From a virus (taxonomy: Duplodnaviria > Heunggongvirae > Uroviricota > Caudoviricetes), in the IMG/VR virus record IMGVR_UViG_2568526086_000005, positions 1 to 39,463 of that record: a stretch of DNA of 39,463 bases; one strand, written 5' to 3'. Position 1 is the stretch's first letter, and each line of letters begins with the position of its first letter. Both the position numbers and the translations under genes were made by a program. This document shows positions 1-8,276 of the stretch, in pieces. Under the pieces are notes generated by a model. It was not told the DNA's origin. It did not search any database and saw only the letters and a list, made by a program, of their open reading frames with translations.

Positions 1-1260
1 TCATATTCCTATCGCCATGCCATGGGGCATGGATGGGGCAAAGTCCGATAATTTCTGGTTCAACATAGCAATCTGATCGCTGCTGCTGTCGGCCATCCAG
101 GCGCCGTAAACATTGAAAACCATCTGGGCGCTGGCATGTCCCATCTGGCTGGCAATGAAACTCGGGTTGGCCCCGGCAGACAGCGACCAGCAGGCGTAAG
201 TGTGTCTCGACTGATACGCCTTGCGGTGCCTTAAACCTGACCGTTTAAGCGCCGCATCCCATGAGTCACCAACTGAATCGGCTTTGTACAGGTAACCTAC
301 GCTGCCACTTTTTTTAACCAACTGAGGATTGAACACAAATGTACAGTCGTGAATGACCGTTCGGCCATACTCCCGCAGTTGTACCTCAACCTGATACTGC
401 CTGCCTAACCTGGTCATTTCCGCCTGGTTCCTCAAAGCGTCAATGGCTGGCTTGATCAGGTGAACGACCCTGTCGGTACCGGCTTCGGTTTTTGGTAGAG
501 TGAAATCACCGAGTTTCGTATAATTCCGGCGTATGGTCATCGTTCCAGTTTTCAGATCTATGTCTTCCCATGCGAGGGATACCAGCTCACCGTGACGTAA
601 TCCTGTGTATACCGCAATTGACCACAGGTTTTTCGTTTGCTGATGCTTGCAGGCATCAATGAAGCGAACGAATTCATCACGTGTGAGCGGATCTGGTTCT
701 ATCCTAGCCCTCTTTAGCGGCTTGATGCCGTTAAACGGGTTTTCACTCACATAGCCATTATCAACAGCGAACTGAAACATACCGGCGATCGTGGTCATGT
801 AGTAGTTTACCGTCACCACACTCAACCCTTTATCCCCCGCCAGCATATCCTTCCTGATATAGAGAAGCTCTTCTCTTGTCACAGACGAAACCAGCTTATT
901 CGCGCCAACCCTCGGCAGCATGCTTCTCACCACCGATTCATACCTGTTTATGGCATTAGCGCAGATCTCCATCCGTTTAAGCTCAAGCCATTTTTCAGAC
1001 AGATCTTTTACGGTGATATCTTTCTTCCCGATGCCGAAAGTTTTCAGATTTGGCGAGTTGGGGAATTGGGCCGCATAGTCAAAGGTCCCCATGCGGATAG
1101 CGAAACAAACTGACGTTCTCAGCTCCCCGGCCACCTTCCTGTTTTTAGCGGTGTCAGGGACACCGAGGTTTTCCCTGACACGCTTACCTTTAAAAATGAA
1201 CCATATGCGGAGTGACTTTCCGTGGTTCTCAACGCCCGTTGGGTATGATTCTTTACTCAT
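1..1260 (-). CDS. int: Phage integrase, tyrosine recombinase family (complete; stop codon at bases 1-3)
   Basis: 419-aa ORF with ATG at 1260. C-terminal catalytic-domain motifs typical of lambda-type integrases (..HGELVSLAWEDID.., ..RHTYACWSLSAGANP..). Sits at the prophage end, next to a small excisionase-like gene. Confidence 0.9.
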   Translation of the reverse strand: MSKESYPTGVENHGKSLRIWFIFKGKRVRENLGVPDTAKNRKVAGELRTSVCFAIRMGTFDYAAQFPNSPNLKTFGIGKKDITVKDLSEKWLELKRMEICANAINRYESVVRSMLPRVGANKLVSSVTREELLYIRKDMLAGDKGLSVVTVNYYMTTIAGMFQFAVDNGYVSENPFNGIKPLKRARIEPDPLTRDEFVRFIDACKHQQTKNLWSIAVYTGLRHGELVSLAWEDIDLKTGTMTIRRNYTKLGDFTLPKTEAGTDRVVHLIKPAIDALRNQAEMTRLGRQYQVEVQLREYGRTVIHDCTFVFNPQLVKKSGSVGYLYKADSVGDSWDAALKRSGLRHRKAYQSRHTYACWSLSAGANPSFIASQMGHASAQMVFNVYGAWMADSSSDQIAMLNQKLSDFAPSMPHGMAIGI

Positions 1261-1302
1261 TTATCCCTCCCGACGTCCAGGAGCGTTGCAAGTTTACCTG
1301 TT

Positions 1303-1548
1303 TCATACCGCCCGATCACCCAATGGTTGCTTTTGAGCCTGAATCCATGCGTCTACCGCTTTGCGGTTGTACATGCATTCGCTGGTTGGCTTTGGCTCTC
1401 CTTCAGGGGAAACGTGCTTATACTCACGCCCAAGCAGCCAGGATGATTTGCGGGCCCGTGTAATGGTTCCACGTTTCATCCCTGTGACTGCCATCAGCAA
1501 GTCCTCTGAAACCCATTCGTTTGGCTCGATCTGGATTATTGTCTGCAT
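1303..1548 (-). CDS. xis: Excisionase-like DNA-binding protein
   Basis: 81-aa ORF just upstream of int on the same strand. ATG at 1548 preceded by GAGGTG. Basic, small, in the xis position. Confidence 0.6.
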   Translation of the reverse strand: MQTIIQIEPNEWVSEDLLMAVTGMKRGTITRARKSSWLLGREYKHVSPEGEPKPTSECMYNRKAVDAWIQAQKQPLGDRAV

Positions 1549-1707
1549 GCATCACCTCTGCCGCACTCTTTAACTGATATAGAATTCCCAGCTACTGGCG
1601 ACGGAATTCATAACCTTAATCGCCATTTCAGCCGTTTCCCTGCTGTCGTAACACTGGAAATACATCTCCTGCCCAGTACGTTTAAGCTTCATCATTACCC
1701 ACATACA

Positions 1708-1926
1708 TCACCTCAGGTGCTTACTACGTTCTTCAAACTCTTCTTGGCAATCAGCACAGCGCTGGCATCCCGCCACCAGTTCCCGGCGCCGAGCCGCTAT
1801 CTCTTCCCCGCAGTCGCGGCAGTGAGTAGCCGAAACCGCCGAATGGTTGATGCGACATTTCGCAATGGCGGCTTTCCGCTGGAGTTCCGCTAACTCGTTG
1901 GCCTGATCGATGATTTCTGCGCTCAT
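1708..1926 (-). CDS. DksA/TraR-family C4 zinc-finger protein
   Basis: 72 aa with a CxxC-(17)-CxxC arrangement (CRDCGEE...CQRCADCQEE). Start overlaps the stop of the upstream gene (ATGA). Confidence 0.7.
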   Translation of the reverse strand: MSAEIIDQANELAELQRKAAIAKCRINHSAVSATHCRDCGEEIAARRRELVAGCQRCADCQEEFEERSKHLR

Positions 1927-2627
1927 GCTGAAACTCCCTTAACTGCCAGAAACGTAGCCATCGCTTTATCAACAATCTTCGAATTGTGGTATTTGCTGAT
2001 TGCCCAGGTGATAGCGAATAGAATCCAACGGAAGTGACTGGTATACGTTTTAAACGTCAGGCCTTCGCAGACATCCCAGGCGCTCCAACCAGCTGGCCAA
2101 TCAGCGTCATAAACAGCCTGATAAGCCTCCCATTCGTTATTGAAGTCAGCTCGGCATAAGTCGCGGACGATTTCGCGTAACACTGCTTTGTCGCTATCCG
2201 GTGTATCGTCATCGTCGTCCCAGTCTTCATCCTCTTCTGTTTCAGCATCTTCATCGTCCTTCAGGTAATCACTCAGAGACTCTTTCAGACTTTTGCAGAA
2301 CGCGTCGTGGTCATACTCTTTCGCCAGCATTTCTCGTGCCGAACATCCCGCGCCAGCCTCCAGCTTTTCAGCCCAGTAATGGGTATTGATTCCACCCTCC
2401 CAGGAGCCAAAAAAGTCGAACATGTCCGCGATGCGACTGAATGTCCAGGTTCCCATGTCGCCGGTTACGGTCAAGTAACCAGGCCATGTGATAACGTCGT
2501 AGTAGTAGCAAGATGTTCCCGGCTGCTGCATGCGCAGGTGGCGATACAGCCCATCGTCACGGATGATTTCCAGACGGTGAAATGCGGTATCAATCAAAAA
2601 TCGTGAGTCAATTTCGAAGAAGCTCAT
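1923..2627 (-). CDS. Hypothetical early protein with a long acidic tract
   Basis: 234-aa ORF with ATG at 2627, coupled by ATGA overlaps to both neighbours. Contains DDEDAETEEDEDWDDDDDTPDSD. Confidence 0.55.
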   Translation of the reverse strand: MSFFEIDSRFLIDTAFHRLEIIRDDGLYRHLRMQQPGTSCYYYDVITWPGYLTVTGDMGTWTFSRIADMFDFFGSWEGGINTHYWAEKLEAGAGCSAREMLAKEYDHDAFCKSLKESLSDYLKDDEDAETEEDEDWDDDDDTPDSDKAVLREIVRDLCRADFNNEWEAYQAVYDADWPAGWSAWDVCEGLTFKTYTSHFRWILFAITWAISKYHNSKIVDKAMATFLAVKGVSA

Positions 2628-2914
2628 AACTCGACTGCCTTACTCAGCTTCTCGCCGAGCGCAAAGATGTAGTCGCGTAACTCTTCCAGTGACTGCGCTT
2701 CTGATTGCATAATTTCACGATGGCAAAGTTCTTTCACCAGGTGCTCAAACTTGCTGTAATAACCGATACGACTTAGTGTTTCTTTCCCTGCATTCTCGCC
2801 TTCTTTGATAATTCCTCTTTCGCTAAGAATCAGGTCATGTTTGGTTCCGGTAATAACGTATTTTCCGAGGTCGATGTTTAGCTTCATTGTTTTCATTGTT
2901 AATTCCTCAGTCAT
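2624..2914 (-). CDS. Hypothetical early protein (start uncertain: ATG at 2914 overlaps the upstream stop; ATG at 2896 has the better RBS, GAGGAA)
   Basis: The ORF in the track starts at an alternative codon further upstream. The in-frame ATGs at 2914 and 2896 are the likely starts. Confidence 0.45.
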   Translation of the reverse strand: MTEELTMKTMKLNIDLGKYVITGTKHDLILSERGIIKEGENAGKETLSRIGYYSKFEHLVKELCHREIMQSEAQSLEELRDYIFALGEKLSKAVEL

Positions 2915-3200
2915 TACTGATAGCGCCATAGCGTGAGCGGTAATTACGCAGGCGCGGGTCAATTTCAGGGAAGTGGGTATATGTGGCTTTGCGGAATGGT
3001 CGGATTGATGTCTGGTAAATTCGCTCGCGTTCTTCTTTCTCTGCAAGCCATATACAATGGCGAAATTCCTTTTCCTCTTTCGTTTCCTGCGGTAGCGACA
3101 TTATCCGATCGTAGTTTTTTCTGAATTTATCCAGCACCTCCGATACGGAATTGCCGGAACAGCGGCGCGGGTCATCCGCACCATACAAAGGCGCTGGCAT
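2907..3200 (-). CDS. Hypothetical early protein
   Basis: 97-aa ORF, ATG at 3200 preceded by AGGAG with 6-nt spacing. Lies in the co-oriented pL operon. Confidence 0.5.
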   Translation of the reverse strand: MPAPLYGADDPRRCSGNSVSEVLDKFRKNYDRIMSLPQETKEEKEFRHCIWLAEKEERERIYQTSIRPFRKATYTHFPEIDPRLRNYRSRYGAISND

Positions 3201-3216
3201 GGTTTTCTCCTGTTGA

Positions 3217-3765
3217 TTATTTAGCTAACTTTTTCCAGATCGCTGAAACGTATTTGGCTTGGTGGATGGCATCATCAAGCGCGTTGTGGCGAGTTCCTTT
3301 GAATGGCATATCTCGCTTAGGGTCGAATCCTATTGCCTTCCCAAGTTCGACGATTGTTCTTACGTCGCGGTCATTCCACCACTGCCACGGAACTGGCTGC
3401 CCTGTCAGCGAATAACTGTTGCGGAGAATAACGCAGTCAAATGATGCTCCATTCCCCCAAACCTGAACGAGTTTGTGGTTGGCGTTCTTTATGATGAATT
3501 CAGATAACCATGAAAGAGCCGTTGAAAGCTCTTGAGTGTTGCTGGTTAGCGATTTTCTGGCTTCTTCACTCTGTTCCATCCACCATAAAATCGTTGAAGC
3601 GTCAGGACGCGCCCGATATCGCATTGATGACTCAAGCGAGATATTTACCGAGAACTCTTCTCCTGTTTCTCCGGTATTCGGGTCAAAGAATACCGCCCCA
3701 ATAGAAATAACTGGCGCATATGGCCCGTTGCCCATTGTTTCAAGGTCAACCATTAAGTGATTCAT
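3217..3765 (-). CDS. DEDD-type 3'-5' exonuclease (DnaQ-like fold)
   Basis: 182 aa. N-terminal MVDLETMG (Exo I-type D-x-E motif), later ..HNALDDA.. (Exo III-like). RBS AAGGA upstream of ATG at 3765. Confidence 0.65.
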   Translation of the reverse strand: MNHLMVDLETMGNGPYAPVISIGAVFFDPNTGETGEEFSVNISLESSMRYRARPDASTILWWMEQSEEARKSLTSNTQELSTALSWLSEFIIKNANHKLVQVWGNGASFDCVILRNSYSLTGQPVPWQWWNDRDVRTIVELGKAIGFDPKRDMPFKGTRHNALDDAIHQAKYVSAIWKKLAK

Positions 3766-3773
3766 GTAAGTCC

Positions 3774-4280
3774 TTAAATTGCGTGAATAGCGTGACGAGG
3801 GAAGGGGAGAGTTACTGGTGCAAAGGGTATATCGTCGTCAAAATCCATCGGTGGTTCGTTGTGTTGTGCTGGTGATGATTGCTGCTGTGGCTTCTGTGAT
3901 TGCCTGCTGGCTGCTTGTTGTTTGCTGTCGCCAATTCCGCCAAGCATTTGCATCACGCCATTAATTCCGACATGAACCTCGGTTGTGTAACAGTCTTGCC
4001 CTGACTGGTCTTTCCACTTTCTGGTTCTCAGCATTCCCTCGAAATAAATCTGATCACCTTTTTTCACATACTGCCCCACGACCTCAGCCAGTTTCCCGGA
4101 TACAGCAACACGATGCCATTCAGTCAATTCCTTTTGCTCGCCAGTATTTTTATCTCGCCATTGTTCTGACGTGGCTATTGTCAGGTTAGCGAACGCTGTA
4201 CCTGATGGTGAGTATCGAACTTCCGGGTCTTGTCCTACCCGACCAAGGATAATCACCTTATTTACGCCTCTGCTTGCCAT
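3774..4280 (-). CDS. ssb: Single-stranded DNA-binding protein with a 15-residue extension beyond the canonical DDDIPF terminus
   Basis: OB-fold N-terminus ([23 protein letters not shown]...), Gln/Pro-rich linker, then ..[11 protein letters not shown] followed in frame by [15 protein letters not shown] before the stop. Confidence 0.85.
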   Translation of the reverse strand: MASRGVNKVIILGRVGQDPEVRYSPSGTAFANLTIATSEQWRDKNTGEQKELTEWHRVAVSGKLAEVVGQYVKKGDQIYFEGMLRTRKWKDQSGQDCYTTEVHVGINGVMQMLGGIGDSKQQAASRQSQKPQQQSSPAQHNEPPMDFDDDIPFAPVTLPFPRHAIHAI

Positions 4281-4988
4281 TTATGCCGCCTGTTTTAGTT
4301 CGTTAACTCTGATGTTCATTACCTGAACGCATTTAGCCTGCGCCTCCTCATTGCCAGCCATTAATTGCCAGTCACGCTGATAACGCTCGATGAGTTTTTT
4401 CTTGTCAGTTTCTGTTGACGCATAATCGCTGAAGTCTTTCAGGATTTGTTCGCAGTCAACCGATGGAGATTTCTGGTTGGTATTTTCTGGTGATGGTTTG
4501 TTATCTGATGCTGGTATTGCCCATCCCGGCAGCGATGGAGGGAGCCAGTAAAATCCTGTTCCATCCTTGAGTTTTGCCCTGTGCCATCCCTGCTTTTTAT
4601 CGAGAGATGTTTGTGCGAAACCTTCCTCAAGGTTATACAGATACCGACCGATTCCCCACTGAACGGCAGCGCGCTTCATTGCACCGGAACGACCACCTTT
4701 GACGGCTTCTACCTGCGTGTTTTCAGCAGCATCCCATTTGGTTACCCATTCGGAATCAATCTTTATTGATATGCCGCATTCAACGCCGCCGTTGTTGGGA
4801 ATATCGCGGTATTCATTGCGCCATCCTGCTTTGCCGCAAACATCGTCCAGGCGTTTCATGATTGCCCGGTTCGTGACATAAGCCAGCACCATAGCCCACA
4901 CTTTGCCATCGCGTGTTTTACCGCTTTGCTGTATTCGCCATTCGATATCTTCAGGGCTGAATGGCTCATCGAATTTATTCAAATCCAT
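4281..4988 (-). CDS. Rad52-like single-strand annealing protein
   Basis: 235 aa. Sits in the position lambda bet would occupy, next to ssb and the exonuclease. The Rad52-family assignment is from memory of the family, not from a search. The TAA stop abuts the ssb ATG. Confidence 0.6.
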   Translation of the reverse strand: MDLNKFDEPFSPEDIEWRIQQSGKTRDGKVWAMVLAYVTNRAIMKRLDDVCGKAGWRNEYRDIPNNGGVECGISIKIDSEWVTKWDAAENTQVEAVKGGRSGAMKRAAVQWGIGRYLYNLEEGFAQTSLDKKQGWHRAKLKDGTGFYWLPPSLPGWAIPASDNKPSPENTNQKSPSVDCEQILKDFSDYASTETDKKKLIERYQRDWQLMAGNEEAQAKCVQVMNIRVNELKQAA

Positions 4989-5242
4989 AATTCACCTCAG
5001 AATGGACACGGCCCAAGGAAATAACGCTGATTTAATACTTCGACTCGGGACAAATTAAGGCATACCCGCATTCCTTCGCGGTCGCCATTATGGCGATACC
5101 AGAGAGCTTTCTGCGTGTACATGCGTCTCTGTAACTTGCTCTCCTTCACTGTGGTTGCAAGTGACATGAATATCTCCTTCGTTACCGATTAATTCTTTCA
5201 TCTGACGAATGAATTCTTCGTCTGACCAGTTATCTGTAAAAC

Positions 5243-5395
5243 TCATTTCCTGCGATACCACGGAAGGTTGATAGCTGATTTCATCGCTTTATTTGCTTCA
5301 AGCCACATTTTGGAATCACCAATAAATCTGGCTATTACTGCTTTGTTCTGTGCAGCACGAAGCATCTGGTGATTGATGGCTATTTCATTGCGCAT
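5243..5395 (-). CDS. kil: Kil-like small protein (host cell-division inhibitor homolog)
   Basis: 50-aa ORF missing from the track (under 60 aa). ATG at 5395 preceded by GAGG. Translation MRNEIAINHQMLRAAQNKAVIARFIGDSKMWLEANKAMKS... resembles remembered lambda Kil (..TFIGDEKMF..). Lies immediately after cIII, as in lambda. Confidence 0.45.
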   Translation of the reverse strand: MRNEIAINHQMLRAAQNKAVIARFIGDSKMWLEANKAMKSAINLPWYRRK

Positions 5396-5511
5396 AATAA
5401 GACCTCAACTCTTTTCCATCCGTCACGTAATTTACGGGTGATTCGTTCAAGTAAAGATTCATTTAGTTGGAAGGCACCCATGCGAGCGCCTCCCGCGATT
5501 GCGTAAATCAT
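5380..5511 (-). CDS. cIII: CIII-like protein (FtsH inhibitor that stabilises CII)
   Basis: 43-aa ORF missing from the track. ATG at 5511 preceded by AAGGAA. Translation MIYAIAGGARMGAFQLNESLLERITRKLRDGWKRVEVLLCAMK matches the lambda CIII core helix ESLLERITRKLRDGWKRL as I remember it. Confidence 0.65.
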   Translation of the reverse strand: MIYAIAGGARMGAFQLNESLLERITRKLRDGWKRVEVLLCAMK

Positions 5512-5535
5512 GGGTGGTTCCTTATGTTGGTTTTA

Positions 5536-6504
5536 TTAGTAGGTTATTTTTGTTGCGAATACCTCGCCTTTTACGATGGCTGTTATGATATTTTTAGCAA
5601 CATCTTCTGATGCGCCAACCTTGATAAGGTCAGCAAGTATTTTGTTATTTACTTCTTTCCGGTGAGCTTTATCCTTTGCTCTACGCTCTTCTTCGTCCTT
5701 GATTCTTTTTTCTTCTGCTATTCTGGCTTGCTCTTTTGCTTCAGCATCGCGACGGATTCGTTCAGCCTCCTCCTGTGCTTTTCTGCGTTCTGCTTCAATT
5801 GCTGCCTGCTTTTCTCTTTCAGCTCGTTCTGCTGCCTCTTTTGCTTCGCGCTGTGCTCGTTGCTCGTCTTCAATGCGTTCACGCTCTGCACGTTCCGCTG
5901 CGGCCTTAGCTTCTGCTTCTCGCCTTGCTGCTGCTTCAATTTCGGCTTTTGCCTTTGCTTCGGCTTCAGCTCTGGCTTTCTCTTCAGCTTCTTTTTTTAA
6001 GCGTTCTTCATGCTCTCGCTTTTCCTGCTCCGCTTTGAGTCTTGCCTCTTCTCTTTGGCGGTCAAATTCGCGATCCATCAAAATCGCTATTTCATGGTCA
6101 GACTCAATTTGCTTTGCGAGAGCTTCAGCTGCTGCCTTAGCTTCTTCTTCGGCTTTAATCCGCGCCTGTTCTTCCTCATAATCAGTAAGAGGCTGGCGTG
6201 CCTTGGCTTTCAGCTCATCAAGGCGATCACGCACTGTCTTGCGGTTGGCATCAATTAGCTTTGGAATTTCCTTCAGTTCAGCAACAAGGTCTTTGCCAAG
6301 ACCATCGAGATATGTTTTCGTCTGCGCAACTTTATACGCCAGAGAAGCGATCTCCTTTCTGCCCTTTGCCGTTGTGATATCAGGCACAAAGGACATAACT
6401 TCACGTTCAACCTTTTGAAGGATTTCTTCAATCTGGTCGGCAGACTGAAATACAGTCATTGCATTTGCTTTTTCAATAACAACTAAATCTGTTACTTCAC
6501 TCAT
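5536..6504 (-). CDS. Hypothetical protein with a long E/R/K/A-rich predicted single alpha-helix or coiled-coil segment
   Basis: Start placed at ATG 6504 (GGAGG RBS) rather than the track's 6600, because an intrinsic terminator lies at 6517-6544. About 130 residues of KAEAEAKA / ERAERE-type repeats. Confidence 0.6.
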   Translation of the reverse strand: MSEVTDLVVIEKANAMTVFQSADQIEEILQKVEREVMSFVPDITTAKGRKEIASLAYKVAQTKTYLDGLGKDLVAELKEIPKLIDANRKTVRDRLDELKAKARQPLTDYEEEQARIKAEEEAKAAAEALAKQIESDHEIAILMDREFDRQREEARLKAEQEKREHEERLKKEAEEKARAEAEAKAKAEIEAAARREAEAKAAAERAERERIEDEQRAQREAKEAAERAEREKQAAIEAERRKAQEEAERIRRDAEAKEQARIAEEKRIKDEEERRAKDKAHRKEVNNKILADLIKVGASEDVAKNIITAIVKGEVFATKITY

Positions 6505-6516
6505 ATATCCTCCGTC

Positions 6517-6544
6517 AAAAAAAATCGCCCTCACATTGGAGGGC
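6517..6544 (-). terminator. Rho-independent terminator in the pL operon (tL-like)
   Basis: On the minus strand: GCCCTC-CAATGT-GAGGGC hairpin followed by GA and eight T. Confidence 0.55.
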
Positions 6545-6678
6545 AAAGAAGATTTCCAATAATCAGAACAAGTCGGCTCCTGTTTAGTTACGAGCGACAT
6601 TGCTCCGTGTATTCACTCGTTGGAATGAATACACAGTGCAGTGTTTATTCTGTTGTTTATGCCAAAAGTAAAGGCCGA

Positions 6679-7302
6679 CTATGCGGCCTCGGAAGGAAGT
6701 CCAATCATCTTATTCAAATCTTCTACCCGTAAAGCAGGAAGTGCTGTACTTGCTTTATCTGCTTCTTCTGGTAGCAATTCTTTGCTTTCAGGCCAAACTT
6801 CAATAAGTCGCTTAACTGTTGTGACTGAGTTCAAAGCAGCCCATACATTTGATTCGATATCCTTTTTCTTGGCTTCAAGTTTTTGTTGCAATGCGCAGAT
6901 TTCATCAAACCTTTTTGTTATTTCGTGTTCTGCGCTAAACATGCATTTATCTTTGGTCGGAGTAGGGAGCAATATATCTTCGCCGTTGCCGTCTTTCCCA
7001 TATGAATACCAGCCAACCCTTCTGCCAGATACAGTCAGATAAATTGAAGTTGAACGGGCATCGCATGAGTAAAATGAACATCCCAGCTTTTCAAGTTCTT
7101 CGCTTATAGCCATTAACTTGGATAATAACTGATCCACTTCCTCAGTTTTCTTTTTACCGCCAAATGCAATAACTCTGGCGTCAAGTGCAAGCTGGTTCTT
7201 TAACTTTGTTACTTCTTCAAGTTCAGTGAAAACCCCAGACTTAATTAAAGCGTTACGAGCAATTTCCTCTTTCATTCTCGTAGTTAAGCGGATTGATGAC
7301 AT
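6679..7302 (-). CDS. Hypothetical protein; terminator-flanked accessory gene in the pL operon
   Basis: 207 aa from ATG 7302 (RBS GAGAGGAA). Visibly AT-richer than the flanking genes. Intrinsic terminators lie on both sides. Confidence 0.55.
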   Translation of the reverse strand: MSSIRLTTRMKEEIARNALIKSGVFTELEEVTKLKNQLALDARVIAFGGKKKTEEVDQLLSKLMAISEELEKLGCSFYSCDARSTSIYLTVSGRRVGWYSYGKDGNGEDILLPTPTKDKCMFSAEHEITKRFDEICALQQKLEAKKKDIESNVWAALNSVTTVKRLIEVWPESKELLPEEADKASTALPALRVEDLNKMIGLPSEAA

Positions 7303-7415
7303 ATTAATTCCTCTCAAATAAGTGGTTTGCTGCCTAATTTCATTTTCTGGCGGCCTGAGCAAGTCACACCTATTTCACTGCGTGGCTTGCGGTAGTAAAT
7401 TATATTTGTTCAGAC

Positions 7416-7438
7416 AATAAAAAACCCACCGAAGTGGG
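7416..7438 (-). terminator. Rho-independent terminator (tL-like)
   Basis: On the minus strand: CCCAC-TTCG-GTGGG followed by TTTTTTATT, starting right at the stop of the upstream gene. Confidence 0.55.
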
Positions 7439-7777
7439 CTATGACCATTTTTTATTTGGATTTCGTTGGTGAGCGTGATTAACAACTCTGTGCATTACAT
7501 CCTCATATTTTTCATCTTCAATTTTTTCGACATCGCGAGGAAATGGTGTTGCTAATGCTTTGTCAACTTTGTCCATTGGTTCTTCATTAATCTTATATTC
7601 AGGACCGTCATCTATAGCATTAAATCCAGGTGTTACACCGTTTTTTAATGCATATGCTATCCTTTTTTCCCATCTCGCTATTCTCCTCCTGTCTCGAGAT
7701 GTAAGACCTCTATCAGATACTTTTCTGTTTTGTCCGCGGTCAGGATTAACATAAATAGTCTTTTTCACCATAAGCAT
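7439..7777 (-). CDS. Hypothetical small basic protein downstream of N
   Basis: The track ORF begins at a TTG. The first ATG (7777) lies 2 nt after the N stop. Product about 112 aa, no recognisable family. Confidence 0.45.
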   Translation of the reverse strand: MLMVKKTIYVNPDRGQNRKVSDRGLTSRDRRRIARWEKRIAYALKNGVTPGFNAIDDGPEYKINEEPMDKVDKALATPFPRDVEKIEDEKYEDVMHRVVNHAHQRNPNKKWS

Positions 7778-7779
7778 AC

Positions 7780-8085
7780 TCAATAAGCACCGTACGGTAG
7801 TTTACTGTACAATTTTATTTTTTGGACTGCATGTATTTTGTTTCCTAACGGGTTTGAATCTTTGTAATAAATACTTCTATTTTTTCGAACGACTTCTTCT
7901 TTCTTCTTGCAGCAAAGACTTCCTAGTGATGCTGCTTTGTCTGCTCTGACGCAACCAGAGAGCTTTAGCGCAATTTTTCGCGCCAGTGCTTCATTACTGC
8001 GTCGCTCGGCAATAAGTTCTGCTCTGCGAGCTTTGTAGCGGCTTTTTGCCGTACCTTTGGATTCTTTCCAGACAATGGTTACCAT
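7780..8085 (-). CDS. N: Antitermination protein N, phage-21 type
   Basis: ATG at 8085 (RBS AAGGAG). N-terminus MVTIVWKESKGTAKSRYKARRAELIAERR carries the arginine-rich motif I recognise as the phi21 N boxB-binding peptide. nutL lies just upstream. Confidence 0.8.
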   Translation of the reverse strand: MVTIVWKESKGTAKSRYKARRAELIAERRSNEALARKIALKLSGCVRADKAASLGSLCCKKKEEVVRKNRSIYYKDSNPLGNKIHAVQKIKLYSKLPYGAY

Positions 8086-8195
8086 GATGGTCTCCTTTAA
8101 GTGGCTTTGGCGCATGACGCGTCGAGGTGCTTATCTTCTCGATCGCTGTCTTGCAGCTGCAATTCGCGCCATCCCCAAAACCACTCAAGTTCTGG

Positions 8196-8235
8196 TCTCA
8201 ACGGTTAGGTTGAGAGTCCGTCGATGTTAAAGAGC
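8196..8235 (-). promoter_or_regulatory. nutL: boxA (8225-8235, GCTCTTTAACA) and boxB hairpin (8196-8215, TCTCAAC-CTAACC-GTTGAGA), both read on the minus strand
   Basis: boxA matches the CGCTCTTTAACA-type consensus. A perfect 7-bp stem hairpin lies 9 nt downstream, between pL and N. Confidence 0.7.
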
Positions 8236-8276
8236 CTGCCAATCTGTTCCGTTTGGCTTCCAGCGTCCTGCTGATG

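Noticed and set aside
5662-6181. Plus-strand ORFs 5662-6000 and 5699-6181 (Cys/Phe/Ser-rich, Ala/Ser-rich) and minus-strand ORF 5718-5939
   Set aside because: Alternative-frame readings of the repetitive ER/K-coding DNA of the 5536-6504 gene. Low-complexity translations, no starts with an RBS.
7560-7754. Plus-strand 64-aa ORF inside the gene downstream of N
   Set aside because: Antisense to the pL operon, no RBS, hydrophobic low-complexity translation.
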